Source: Candidatus Omnitrophota bacterium (GTDB lineage Bacteria > Omnitrophota > Gorgyraeia > Aquiviventales > JACQRC01). Taken from it: a stretch of DNA of 64,000 nucleotides. Position numbers and translations under genes: made by a program. Numbering within the stretch: position 1 is the first letter of the stretch; every line of letters begins with the position of its first letter. The stretch spans positions 33 through 64,032 of the forward strand of contig JACQRC010000100.1 in assembly GCA_016206665.1 (NCBI GenBank). Reading direction: 5' to 3'. Of the stretch, positions 24,953 through 35,100 are shown piece after piece. The notes under the pieces were generated by a model, which ran no database searches, had not been told where the DNA came from, and saw nothing but the letters and a program-made list of their open reading frames with translations.

Positions 24953-25653
24953 GCCTCCCGAGCCCTGCGCGGCGCCCGACGCTGACCGTGGCGATGTGCG
25001 TCTACAATGAGCGTCCGACCGCGCTCGACGTGTTCCGCAGGGTGCAGGCCGCGCCCCCCATCGACAAGGAGATCATCATCGTCGACAACTGCTCGACCGA
25101 CGGCACGCGGGAGCTGCTCCAGCAGCTGGACGGGCAGGCGACGGTGGTGCTGCACCCAAAGAATTTGGGCAAAGGGGCCTCGGTGCGGACCGCCATTGCG
25201 CGGGCGACCGGCGAGTACTTCATCATCCAGGATGCGGACACCGAGTATGACCCCGCCGAGTACCCCAAGCTGCTCGCCCGGGCCAGGGCCACCGGCGCGG
25301 ACGCGGTCTACGGCTCCCGGACGCTCACCGGACGCACGACCAAATATCTGCGGTTTTACTTCGGCGTGCAGCTGCTCACGTGGTTGACGAATCTGCTGTA
25401 CGGCGTGCATCTGACCGATGTGGCCACGGGTTTGAAGATGGTCAAGACCGACGTGATCCAGCAACTGCCCCTGCGGACCTCCGGCTTCGACTTCGACTTC
25501 GAGCTGACGAACCTGTTGTGCAAACGCGGCTGCCGTGTGGAGGAGGTGTCGATCGCGTACCACCCGCGCACCTTCGCCGAGGGCAAGAAGGTCCGCGCCT
25601 GGGACGGCGTGCGCGGGTTGTGGGTGATTCTCAAGAATCGTTTTGCGGATTGA
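24949..25653 (+). CDS. GT2 glycosyltransferase, polyprenyl-phosphate sugar synthase-like (Dpm1/ArnC/GtrB type)
   Basis: 234 aa. LTVAMCVYNE...IIIVDNCSTDGT...IIQDADTEYDP (DxD). Confidence 0.75.
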   Translation: MSLPSPARRPTLTVAMCVYNERPTALDVFRRVQAAPPIDKEIIIVDNCSTDGTRELLQQLDGQATVVLHPKNLGKGASVRTAIARATGEYFIIQDADTEYDPAEYPKLLARARATGADAVYGSRTLTGRTTKYLRFYFGVQLLTWLTNLLYGVHLTDVATGLKMVKTDVIQQLPLRTSGFDFDFELTNLLCKRGCRVEEVSIAYHPRTFAEGKKVRAWDGVRGLWVILKNRFAD

Positions 25654-25664
25654 GGAGCTGACGC

Positions 25665-26456
25665 ATGAAGACGGTCATTCTGTGCGGGGGGCTGGGGACG
25701 CGGTTGCGGGAGGAGACGGAGTTCCGGCCGAAGACGATGGTGCAAATCGGGGGCCATCCCATCCTCTGGCACATCATGCAGCTCTACGCCCACCACGGGT
25801 TCAACGAGTTCGTGCTCTGCCTGGGCCACCGGGGCGACGACATCAAGCAATATTTCCTGAACTACCCGTTCTACCACAGCGACTTCACCATCGAGGTGGG
25901 ACGGCCCGGGCGCGCCGTCGAGTTCCACGGCGGCCATCACGCGACGGGCTGGCGGGTGACGTGCGTCGATACCGGGCTGCAGACGCAGACAGGGGCGCGC
26001 CTGAAGCGGGTCGCCGGCTACGTGCCGGACGATACCTTTCTCTTCACGTACGGGGACGGGGTCGCGAATGTCGATCTCAAGCGGCTGATGGCGTTCCACC
26101 GCTCCCACGGCAAGATCGCGACGGTCACCGGCGTGCACCCCCCTTCGCGCTTCGGTGAGTTGCTGGTGCAAGGCGAGCGGGTGCAGGAGTTCAGCGAGAA
26201 ACCGCTCATCTCTGAGGGCCGCATCAACGGCGGCTTCTTTGTGCTGCAGCGCCGCATCTTTGACTATCTCTCGGATGAGGAGCTGCTCATCTTTGAGCGC
26301 GGGCCGCTCGAGCGGCTCGCCAAAGACGGGCAGCTGATGATGTATGCCCATGATGGCTTCTGGCAGTGCCTGGATACGCCGCGGGATCTGCAGCTGCTCA
26401 CCGAGCTGTGGGCGCAGGGGCGTCCCCCGTGGAAGGTGTGGGACAGCCGGTCATGA
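25665..26456 (+). CDS. rfbF: Glucose-1-phosphate cytidylyltransferase
   Basis: 263 aa. MKTVILCGGLGTRLREETEFRPKTMVQIGGHPILWHIMQLYAHHGFNEFVLCLGHRGDDIKQYF is near-diagnostic for RfbF/DdhA. Confidence 0.88.
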   Translation: MKTVILCGGLGTRLREETEFRPKTMVQIGGHPILWHIMQLYAHHGFNEFVLCLGHRGDDIKQYFLNYPFYHSDFTIEVGRPGRAVEFHGGHHATGWRVTCVDTGLQTQTGARLKRVAGYVPDDTFLFTYGDGVANVDLKRLMAFHRSHGKIATVTGVHPPSRFGELLVQGERVQEFSEKPLISEGRINGGFFVLQRRIFDYLSDEELLIFERGPLERLAKDGQLMMYAHDGFWQCLDTPRDLQLLTELWAQGRPPWKVWDSRS

Positions 26457-27424
26457 CCCTCGCAGGAGCGCGCGTCCTCGTCACGGGTGCCGCAGGGTTT
26501 CTGGCCTCGCACGTGGTGCGCCGCCTGCTCGCCTCCGGCGCTGAGGTGCATGGATGGGTGCGGCCGACGACGGACGCGTGGCGGCTCGCCGAGATGCGGT
26601 CCCGCCTGACGTTGCATCAGGTCGACCTGCGGGAGGCCGACCAGGTGCGGCAGGCCGTCGACCGCATTCGTCCATCGGTGTGCTTTCATTTGGCGGCGTA
26701 CGGCCTGAGCGCACGTCAGCATGATTGGGACGAGGCGGTGCGGACGAATGTGCTGGGTACCACGCACCTGCTGCAGGCGCTGGGAGCCGGCGGATGTCAG
26801 CGGCTGGTCTACACGACCACCTGTCACGAATATGCCTCGAAGGCGGAGGCCCTCAACGAGGAGGACCCGGTGGCGCCCCTCGAGCTCTACGGCAGCACCA
26901 AGGCGGCCGCCACCGCCGTGGTGCGGGCGTGGGCCTCAGGCGTCGGGCTGCCCACGGTGGTGCTGCGGTTGTTCGGGGTCTACGGCCCCTACGATGGGAC
27001 GAATAAGTTGATCCCCAACACGATCACCGCGCTGCTGAGCCGCCAGGTGGCGGCGGTCTCTCCGTGCGAGGTGGTGCGCGACTACACCTACGTCGATGAT
27101 ATCGTCGAGGGCATCCTGCGTTCCGCGGAGGCGTCCCTGAGCGGTGTCGTGACCATCAATCTGGGGTCCGGCCAGCCCGTCTCCCTGCGGCAGCTGGTGG
27201 AAGCGATCGCCGCACAGCTCGGCGGGCGTGTGGAGTTCGGCGCCATCCCGCCGCGCGCCGGCGAGGCGCAGAGCCTCTGGGCGGATGTCCGTCGGGCGGA
27301 AACGCTCCTGCACTGGCGCGCCACGGTCTCCTGGGAAGACGGGTTGCGCCGGACGATTGCCTGGTTTCGCACCCATGCGCGACACGAGCCGCTCTCCTCT
27401 TCGGCAGGGACGGCGCATGGCTGA
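26453..27424 (+). CDS. NAD(P)-dependent SDR epimerase/reductase (possibly CDP-4-keto-sugar reductase/epimerase)
   Basis: ORF track starts at 26366. ATG 26453 overlaps the upstream stop (ATGA). VLVTGAAGFLASHV. YGSTKAAA (YxxxK). Lies between rfbF and rfbG. Confidence 0.6.
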   Translation: MTLAGARVLVTGAAGFLASHVVRRLLASGAEVHGWVRPTTDAWRLAEMRSRLTLHQVDLREADQVRQAVDRIRPSVCFHLAAYGLSARQHDWDEAVRTNVLGTTHLLQALGAGGCQRLVYTTTCHEYASKAEALNEEDPVAPLELYGSTKAAATAVVRAWASGVGLPTVVLRLFGVYGPYDGTNKLIPNTITALLSRQVAAVSPCEVVRDYTYVDDIVEGILRSAEASLSGVVTINLGSGQPVSLRQLVEAIAAQLGGRVEFGAIPPRAGEAQSLWADVRRAETLLHWRATVSWEDGLRRTIAWFRTHARHEPLSSSAGTAHG

Positions 27425-28757
27425 GGAGCCCGTCGTGATCGTGGGGGCGGGGTTGGCGGGTCTCAGCGCCGCCTACCATCTGCGCCAGTACGGCATGGCC
27501 AGTCTGCTCTATGACAAGGAGGATCGTGCGGGGGGGCACACGCGCTCACACGCGCACGAGGGATTCATCTTCGATGAGGGGCCGCATGTCTCCTTCACCA
27601 AGGACGCGTATGTCCAGGAGCTCTTTGCCAAGAGTGCCGGCACCTATCATGAATTTTTATCGACCCAGCTCAACTACTACCACGGCGCCTGGCTCAAGCA
27701 CCCCGCCCTCTGCCATCTGCATGGGTTGCCCGTCGAGACGGTCGAGCGCTGTCTCGTCGATTTCTTCGAGGCCCAGCGCCGGTCGCATCCTGCGCCTACC
27801 GACTATGACCAATGGCTGCGGCAGCATTGCGGCAGTTACTTCACGGAGCAGTTTGCCGCGCGCTACACGCGCAAGTACTGGACGGTCGAGCCGGCGGAGC
27901 TGACCACGGACTGGGTGGGCGCACGCGTCTACGCGCCGCGGATCGAGGAGGTGGTGCGGGGCGCGCTCCAGCCGCAGGCGCAAGCACTCCACTACATTCA
28001 GCGCTGCCGCTATCCGGCCGCCGGCGGCTATGAAGCGTACACGCGCCTCCTTCAGGAGGGCGCCGAGGTGCGGACAGGCTGCGCCCTGGCCGAGCTGGAT
28101 GTCCGTCGTCACCGGGCCCTCTTCGCGAATGGCCAAGCCATCACCTATGGCAGCCTGGTCGCCACCCTGCCCCTGCCAGTGCTGGTGCAGATGATGACCG
28201 ACGCGCCCAGGGACGTCCGCGCGGCGGCCGACCGTCTGCGGTGGACGTCGGTCGCCCTGGTCAACGTGGGCGTGCGCCGGGCGGAGCTGTCCGGCGCCCA
28301 CTGGCTCTACTTCTACGATGAAGACCTCATTTTTTCGCGGGTCTCCTTTCCGCATCGGCTCTCACCGCAGAATGCACCACCGGGCTGTGGGAGCCTGCAG
28401 GCCGAAATCTATTACTCGCGATCCCGGCCGCTGCCCACCCGGCAGGTGCTCGAGCGCACCCTGGAGGATCTGCGGCGCGTGGGCCTGCTGCGCGCTGACG
28501 ACGAGCTCGTCGTGACCGCCACGCAGGAGATTGCTTTTGCCAATGTCATCTTTGATCACGCGCGCGAGGAGGCGGTCCGCTGTGTGCATCGGTTCTTGCG
28601 CGCGCATGGCATCCTGCCCTGCGGGCGGTATGGCGAATGGGGATATTTGTGGAGTGACCAGGCGGTCTTGAGCGGCCGGCGCATCGCCGAAGAGCTGGCC
28701 GGCAGCGCTGTGAGCTCCACCGTCGTCTCCGGCGGCAGCCGGAATCGGGAGGCATAG
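27417..28757 (+). CDS. FAD-dependent oxidoreductase of the amine-oxidase / UDP-galactopyranose-mutase-like superfamily
   Basis: ORF track starts at 27228. ATG 27417 gives MAEEPVVIVGAGLAGLSAAYHL...DRAGGH (dinucleotide-binding fold). FAARYTRKYWTVEPAELT resembles the mutase-family block. Confidence 0.55.
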   Translation: MAEEPVVIVGAGLAGLSAAYHLRQYGMASLLYDKEDRAGGHTRSHAHEGFIFDEGPHVSFTKDAYVQELFAKSAGTYHEFLSTQLNYYHGAWLKHPALCHLHGLPVETVERCLVDFFEAQRRSHPAPTDYDQWLRQHCGSYFTEQFAARYTRKYWTVEPAELTTDWVGARVYAPRIEEVVRGALQPQAQALHYIQRCRYPAAGGYEAYTRLLQEGAEVRTGCALAELDVRRHRALFANGQAITYGSLVATLPLPVLVQMMTDAPRDVRAAADRLRWTSVALVNVGVRRAELSGAHWLYFYDEDLIFSRVSFPHRLSPQNAPPGCGSLQAEIYYSRSRPLPTRQVLERTLEDLRRVGLLRADDELVVTATQEIAFANVIFDHAREEAVRCVHRFLRAHGILPCGRYGEWGYLWSDQAVLSGRRIAEELAGSAVSSTVVSGGSRNREA

Positions 28758-29792
28758 ATGGCCAAGACCTTTTGGGAGGACCGAGCCGTCTTCGTGACCG
28801 GCTGCACGGGGCTGCTCGGGTCGTGGATGACGAAGGCTCTCGTCGGCTCGGGAGCGCGCGTCGTGGGATTGGTCCGCGACCAAGTGCCGGACAGCCTGTT
28901 GGTGCAAGAGGGCCTCGAGGCGCAGATCACCGTTGTCCGTGGCTCGGTCGAGGAGTACGCGCTGCTGGAGCGGATCCTCAACGAATACGAGGTGGAGACC
29001 GTCTTCCATCTGGCGGCCCAGACGATCGTGACCATCGCCAACCGCAATCCGCTCTCGACCTTTGAATCCAACATCCGCGGGACCTGGAACGTCCTGGAGG
29101 CCTGCCGCCGCGTGCCGGCGGTGCGGCAGGTGCTCGTGGCCTCCAGCGACAAGGCCTACGGCACGCAGCCGCATCTGCCCTATGACGAGACGATGCCGCT
29201 CCAGGGCCGCCACTTCTATGACGTGTCGAAGAGCTGCGCCGATTTGCTGTCGGCCTCCTACTTCGAGATGGCGCAGCTGCCGGTCTGCATTATGCGCTGC
29301 GGCAATTTCTACGGCGGCGGCGATCTCAACTTCAACCGCATTGTCCCGCAGACGATCCGCGCAGCGCTGCGCAATGCCGCCCCGGTCATCCGCTCCGACG
29401 GCAGCTACGTGCGGGACTGGATTTACATCGAGGATGCCGTGGCTGCGTATGTGCTGCTGGCCGAGCGGATGGCGGAGCAACCGAAGCTCCTGGGGGAGGC
29501 GTTCAATTTTTCCAACGAGATGCAGATGACCGTCCTGCGCATCACCGAGGAGCTGTTGCGTGTCATGAGCCGCACCGATTTGCGGCCGCGCATCCTCAAT
29601 GAGCCGCTCAAGGAGATCCGCCACCAGTTCCTGAACGCCGGCAAGGCGCACCGGCTCCTCGGCTGGCAGCCGCGGTTCAGTCTGGAGGAGGGGCTGCAGC
29701 GGACGGTGGCGTGGTACCAGCGCTACTTCGCGCGCCATCAGGAGCTGTTGTCGGTGGAGCCGACAGGCACGGTCGAGGCGACCGAAGTCTAA
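28758..29792 (+). CDS. rfbG: CDP-glucose 4,6-dehydratase
   Basis: 344 aa. [21 protein letters not shown]-terminus. SSDKAYG and [11 protein letters not shown] (YxxxK) are typical of RfbG/DdhB. Confidence 0.8.
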   Translation: MAKTFWEDRAVFVTGCTGLLGSWMTKALVGSGARVVGLVRDQVPDSLLVQEGLEAQITVVRGSVEEYALLERILNEYEVETVFHLAAQTIVTIANRNPLSTFESNIRGTWNVLEACRRVPAVRQVLVASSDKAYGTQPHLPYDETMPLQGRHFYDVSKSCADLLSASYFEMAQLPVCIMRCGNFYGGGDLNFNRIVPQTIRAALRNAAPVIRSDGSYVRDWIYIEDAVAAYVLLAERMAEQPKLLGEAFNFSNEMQMTVLRITEELLRVMSRTDLRPRILNEPLKEIRHQFLNAGKAHRLLGWQPRFSLEEGLQRTVAWYQRYFARHQELLSVEPTGTVEATEV

Positions 29793-29800
29793 GGAATCGC

Positions 29801-31153
29801 ATGCCCAAGAGTGTCGCACCGCAACCAGCAATCGGGGGGACGGCCAACGCCGAGACGGCCCGATTGCGCACGCAGATCCTGAAACTCGTTGACGAGTTTT
29901 ACCAGGCCGCTCATCGGCCAGCGGCCGCCTTTGTCCCCGGTGCGTCGAAGGTGCCATACGCCGGGCGCGTCTTCGATGCCCAGGAGATGCTCAAGCTGGT
30001 GGACGCGGCCCTGGACTTCTGGCTGACGGCAGGGCCGTATCACGCGGCGTTCGTTACGCGGATGCAGCGGTTTTTCGGCTCTCAGGGTTTCCTGCCGGTC
30101 AACTCCGGTTCCTCCGCGAATCTCTTGATGGTGGCCTCCGTGATGTCCGCGTCGTGGAAGCGGCATCTGCGTGCCGGCGATGAGGTCATCACGCCGGCCG
30201 TGACCTTTCCGACGACGGTCGCCCCCCTCGTGCAGCATGGCTTGATCCCTGTCTTCGTCGATGTGGATCTGGGCACCTATAACGCAGACCTCGACGAGGT
30301 CGAGGCCGCCATCTCCCCGAAGACCCGCGCGCTCTTTTTGCCGCACACGCTCGGCAATCCCTTGCCGATGGCTCGCGTGATGGCGCTCGTGGAGCGGCAT
30401 CACTTGATCCTGCTCGAGGACACCTGCGACGCCCTGGGTTCACGCTACGCGGGGCGCCTCGTCGGCACCTTCGGCACGATGGGGTCGCTGAGCTTCTACC
30501 CCGCGCATCACATGACGACGGGGGAGGGCGGCGGCGTCATCATCAACGACCCCACGATCAGCAAGGTGGCCCAGTCGGTGTGCGACTGGGGGCGTGACTG
30601 CTGGTGCCAGCCGGGCGTGAGCAACACCTGCGGCATGCGGTTCGGCTGGCAGCAGGGGAGTCTGCCCCAGGGCTATGACCACAAGTACATCTTCTCCAAC
30701 ATCGGCTACAACCTGAAGATGACTGAGCTGCAAGCCGCCATCGGCCTGGCCCAGGCGGAGAAGCTGCCGCAATTCGTGGCCGAGCGGCGGCGACGGTTCC
30801 AGCGCTATTATGATGCGTTTCAGCCCTATGCAGACCGCGTCATCCTGCCGCGCTGGGAGCCGGAGGCGGAGCCGGCCTGGTTCGGCTTTCCGCTCACCGT
30901 CCGGAAGGGTCTGTCGCGCGCGGAGCTGGTGGCGTGGCTCGAGGAGGTCCGGATCGAAACCCGGATGCTTTTCGGCGGCAACCTCCTCCGGCAGCCCGCT
31001 TATCAGCAGATCCCGCATCGCCGGGCGAGTGCGCTTAAGCGCTCGGACACGATCATGAACGACACCTTCTTCATCGGCGTCTATCCGGGCTTGACGGATT
31101 CCATGCAGGCCTTTGTCATCGAGCGCGTGTCGGAGTTTTTCCGCCGGCACTAA
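29801..31153 (+). CDS. rfbH: CDP-6-deoxy-L-threo-D-glycero-4-hexulose-3-dehydrase (E1; RfbH/DdhC/AscC type)
   Basis: ORF track starts at 29711 and ATG 29801 lies after the rfbG stop. DegT fold with His at the usual Lys position (SFYPAHHMTTGEGG). Cysteine pattern C-X57-C-X1-C-X7-C (DTC...DCWCQPGVSNTC), counted by hand, matches from memory the Fe-S motif reported for E1 dehydrase. Confidence 0.8.
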   Translation: MPKSVAPQPAIGGTANAETARLRTQILKLVDEFYQAAHRPAAAFVPGASKVPYAGRVFDAQEMLKLVDAALDFWLTAGPYHAAFVTRMQRFFGSQGFLPVNSGSSANLLMVASVMSASWKRHLRAGDEVITPAVTFPTTVAPLVQHGLIPVFVDVDLGTYNADLDEVEAAISPKTRALFLPHTLGNPLPMARVMALVERHHLILLEDTCDALGSRYAGRLVGTFGTMGSLSFYPAHHMTTGEGGGVIINDPTISKVAQSVCDWGRDCWCQPGVSNTCGMRFGWQQGSLPQGYDHKYIFSNIGYNLKMTELQAAIGLAQAEKLPQFVAERRRRFQRYYDAFQPYADRVILPRWEPEAEPAWFGFPLTVRKGLSRAELVAWLEEVRIETRMLFGGNLLRQPAYQQIPHRRASALKRSDTIMNDTFFIGVYPGLTDSMQAFVIERVSEFFRRH

Positions 31154-31160
31154 ACGGACC

Positions 31161-32183
31161 ATGCCTACCTGTTCCATTCTGCTGCCAACCTATCAGGCGG
31201 GCGCCTTCATCGGGCGCGCCATCGAGGGCGTCCTCGCCCAGCAGGAGACCGACTGGGAACTGCTCATCGGTGACAACGCGTCCCAGGATGAAACGGCACG
31301 CGTCGTGAGCCGGTTCCAGGACCCGCGCGTGCGCTACCTGCGCCGGCCCCACAACGTCGGCTACGTCCGCAATGTCCGACAGATGCTCGCCGAGGAGGCG
31401 CGGGGAGAGTACGCCGTCATCCTGTGCGCCGATGATTGGTGGGAAGCGGCGTATCTCCACACGGCCCTCGCCGTCTGCGCGCAGGATCCGACGGTGGGCT
31501 GGGTGCATACGGCCTTTCGTTTTCAGGATGACGCGGCGCAGACGGCACGCGCCCACGTCATGACCGACTGTCCCCGTGTGATGGAGGGGCGGGCGTTCCA
31601 CGAGCGCTTCTTCTTCGGGGGCGGCATGCTGGTCGCCCTCTCCTCGGTCCTGTTCCGGCGCGACTGGGCGCTGCAAGCGGAGGCCTTCCAGCAGGAGGTC
31701 TTTCACACCGACACGGCCCTGTGGCTGAAGCTGGCCTGCCTGGGCCGCGTCGGCTATTGCCCGGCACCGCTGGTGACCTACCGCTGGCGTTCCGACAATC
31801 TCTCGAATACCACGGCCCGCGCCCGGCGGCTCGAGGAATGGATCGATGCGTTGACCGGCGTCCTCGCCTTCGCGAGACGACAGGGTCTCGCGTCGAACCC
31901 GGCGTGGGAGCGGGCGGTGATGGCGCGGACGCTGACGTGGTGTCTGAAGGACGCGCCCAACGTGAAGATCGCCTCCGGCTCGAACCGTGAGGTCGCCCGC
32001 GTGGTGCGGAAGGTCTATCGCACCGCCCCGAGGGTTTTCCTGCACCCCGGCGTCCTGACGCGCGTGGCCCTGGCCTTCAGCGCGCCGCCGGGACCGCTGG
32101 CGATGCTGCGACGGTGGCGGAACTACGGGCGTCCCTCGGACAGCTTTCAACTGCCCCTGGACCACCTGGCCTCGACGACATGA
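31161..32183 (+). CDS. GT2 glycosyltransferase
   Basis: ORF track starts at 31113. ATG 31161 gives MPTCSILLPTYQAGAFIGRAIEGVLAQQ...LLIGDNASQDET...CADDWW. Confidence 0.8.
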   Translation: MPTCSILLPTYQAGAFIGRAIEGVLAQQETDWELLIGDNASQDETARVVSRFQDPRVRYLRRPHNVGYVRNVRQMLAEEARGEYAVILCADDWWEAAYLHTALAVCAQDPTVGWVHTAFRFQDDAAQTARAHVMTDCPRVMEGRAFHERFFFGGGMLVALSSVLFRRDWALQAEAFQQEVFHTDTALWLKLACLGRVGYCPAPLVTYRWRSDNLSNTTARARRLEEWIDALTGVLAFARRQGLASNPAWERAVMARTLTWCLKDAPNVKIASGSNREVARVVRKVYRTAPRVFLHPGVLTRVALAFSAPPGPLAMLRRWRNYGRPSDSFQLPLDHLASTT

Positions 32184-35100
32184 CACCAGCAGCCGGGCTC
32201 TCCACACCGAGGCACGACACCGCGACCATCCGTCAGTCCTTCCGCGATTATCAGGCCCTGGTGATCGGCCAGGGCGGCGCGGTCCTCCTGGCAACCGTGA
32301 ACAGCGTGGTCATGACCCGCTGGCTGGGATCCTCGGGCTATGGCCGGCTCGCCCTCTTCGTCATGGTCACGCAGGTCATCTTCACGACCCTCGCCGGGTG
32401 GTTGACCGCGGCCATCGTGCGGTATGGCTGCGAGGAACTGGTCCAGCAACGCTCCCTGCGCCGCACCGTCGGTGCCAGGCTGTTCATTCTGGGTCCGTTG
32501 CTGTGCCTGTTAGCGGCGGCGAGCTGGCTGTGGCGGGTGCCGTTGAGCCAGTACCTCGGTGTGCCGTCCTGGGCGGTGCTGTGGGTGGACATCGCCGTCG
32601 CCGGTTCCATCGCATCGGTCACGGTGCAGTCGCTGCTGCAAGCGAGCAGCGCCATGAAGGGTTATGCGTGGCTGTTACTGATCGAACGAGCCGGCGTGCT
32701 GGCCGGGTTGCTGTCGCTCCAAGCGGTCCGTGGCGTGGAGCCGGTCCTCGGCTGCATGATGTTAGTGGCCGTCATGCCGTGGCTCTCGACGCTCGCGGGG
32801 CTGCGGTTCCTGGCCTGGCGCGCCTGGTGGCCGCCGGTGGCGGATCTGTCCTGGGTGCGCCGGCACCTGCGTTTTTCCCTGCCCCTGATCCTCGCGGCGA
32901 CGGCGGCGACCGTGGCGACGTGGGCCGATGTGGCGTTGACGAATCACTTCGTGTCGACCCTGGAATTGGGCGCCTACGCGCTGGCGCGTCAGATGGCCAT
33001 GCTGCTCAAGCAGGGGGTCGTGCTGGCCGGATTCCTGGTCTCACCCATCCTCTTTCAGTGGCACGTCTCCGGCGAGCCTGCGCGCATCGACCGATACGTC
33101 CAGCGGCTCCTGCCGCTCGCGGCGCTGCTCTGGTGCAGCGTCGTCGCCATCCTGCTTCCCCTCGTGTGGTGGGTGCTCCCGCATATCTGGGGAGCCGAGT
33201 TTGCGCGCGCCGACTGGCCGTGGCTGCTCCTCGCCGTCGAGTTGGGACTGAGTGCCTGGTACTATCTTGGCGTGCCGGTCCTGACCGCGCATGAGGCCTC
33301 GGGCCGGATCACCCTCATCAACACACTGACCGCCATCCTGGTCCCGGCGCTCGGCTGGTGGCTCATTCCCCGTCACGGGATCGTGGGCAGCGCCTGGGCG
33401 GTCGTGTGCACCTCCTGGGCCGGGCAGGTGTTGGTGCTCTACTCTTTACGCCGCCTGAGCCATCTGCGCTGGGCGGCGTGCGCCGGCGCGATGCTCCCGC
33501 TGCTCCTCAGCGCCGGGCTCTGCTGGTGGGCGGGGCCGTGGACGGCCGTGCTGGGCACGGCGGTGCTGCTGCTCATCCTCGGCCGGTGGCTGTGGCGGCG
33601 GCGCGCATTTCTCGACGACGACGACCTCACGTTACTGCGTACCATCGAGCTGCCGGCCTGGAGTCAGTGGGCGCTGGACGGCGTGCGTTGGGTACTGAGC
33701 CAGGCCGTGCGCCCGCCCACCGTGGCCACGGCGTCGCAGCGCTCCACCACCCCGACGGTGAGTGTCATCATTCCCACCTTCAACCGGGCGGAGTTGGTCG
33801 TGCGGGCCGTCGAGAGCGTCTTGGCGCAGACCTGGCCGGAGTATGAAGTCATCGTGGTGGACGACGGCTCCACCGATGATACCGCCGACCGACTGCGCCC
33901 CTACGCAGGCCGCATGACGCTCCTGCGGCAACCGCATGCCGAGCGCGCCACGGCGCGCAACCGCGGTATTGCGGCCTCGCGCGGGGCCTTCATCGCCTTC
34001 CTCGATTCCGATGACCGCTGGTTGCCGGCCAAGCTGGCGGACGATCTCGCCGTCTTCGCCAGGTCGCCGGAGGCGGGACTCGTCTATTGCGGGGCGGCGC
34101 TCATCGACGCCGCGGAACGGCCGCTCAAGCGGCTGCGCACGCCGTGGAGGGAGGGGCAGGTCGTTGAGCCGCTCGTGTGGCAGACCAACTTCATTCCGAA
34201 CTCCTCGGTCACGGTGCGCCGCGCGTGCCTCGAGGCGGTCGGTGGGTTTCGTGAAGATCCGCAGCTCTCCGGCTCCGAGGATTGGGAGTTGTGGTTCCGC
34301 CTGGCGGCACGATTTCCTGTCGCTGCCGTGCGGCGGCACAACATTCAGCTGCGCGTGCATCAGCAGAATACCCTCCATAACGCCGCGCAGATGGAGCGCT
34401 CGATGTGGTGGGCGTGGACGCTCATCCAGCGACATCCCGCGCTGGCCCAGCAGTCACCGGCGCGGATCCGCCGCGCGGAAGCGGTCGTCGCCAGGCACAT
34501 CGCCGTGGGCTACTATGGGAGCCGGCAGATGGCGGCGGCGCGGACGTGGCTCCACCGGTCACGACGGCTGGACGGCGCTCAGGTGGCGACGTGGCGCTGG
34601 CTGACCACCTATTTCAAATCCTGGCTCCCGCGGCGCAGAGCCGCGGCGCCGGAGCCATCGCTGGCGGCCGACCTGCGCCGACGCATCGGCGCCATCGTGG
34701 AGCAGGCGGTGGCAGAGCTGCCGGACTTAGAGGTGTGGAAGAATCAGTTTCGTTTCCGCGCGAGAGAGTTTGAGCTCCTGGCGCGTCAGGCCCCGATGCC
34801 GCGCAGCCGGCGCGTGCTGGAGGTTGGCTGCGGCAACGGGCTCTCGGCCACGCTCCTGGCCCAGTCCGCCGATCTCGTCATCGCGACGGATCTGCCACAG
34901 GGCAATCCGCACACCGCCTCGCAGGGCATCGGATCGCCCCAACGGCTCTTCGACACACTCGGGGTCACCAACTGCCACCCCCTCGCCTGTCCCGGTGAGG
35001 CGCTGCCCTTTGCCGATGGCAGTTTCGATCTCGTCTTTTCTAGTCATACCCTGGAGCATATTCCCCAGCCGGCGTCCGCCCTGCAAGAGATGCATCGGGT

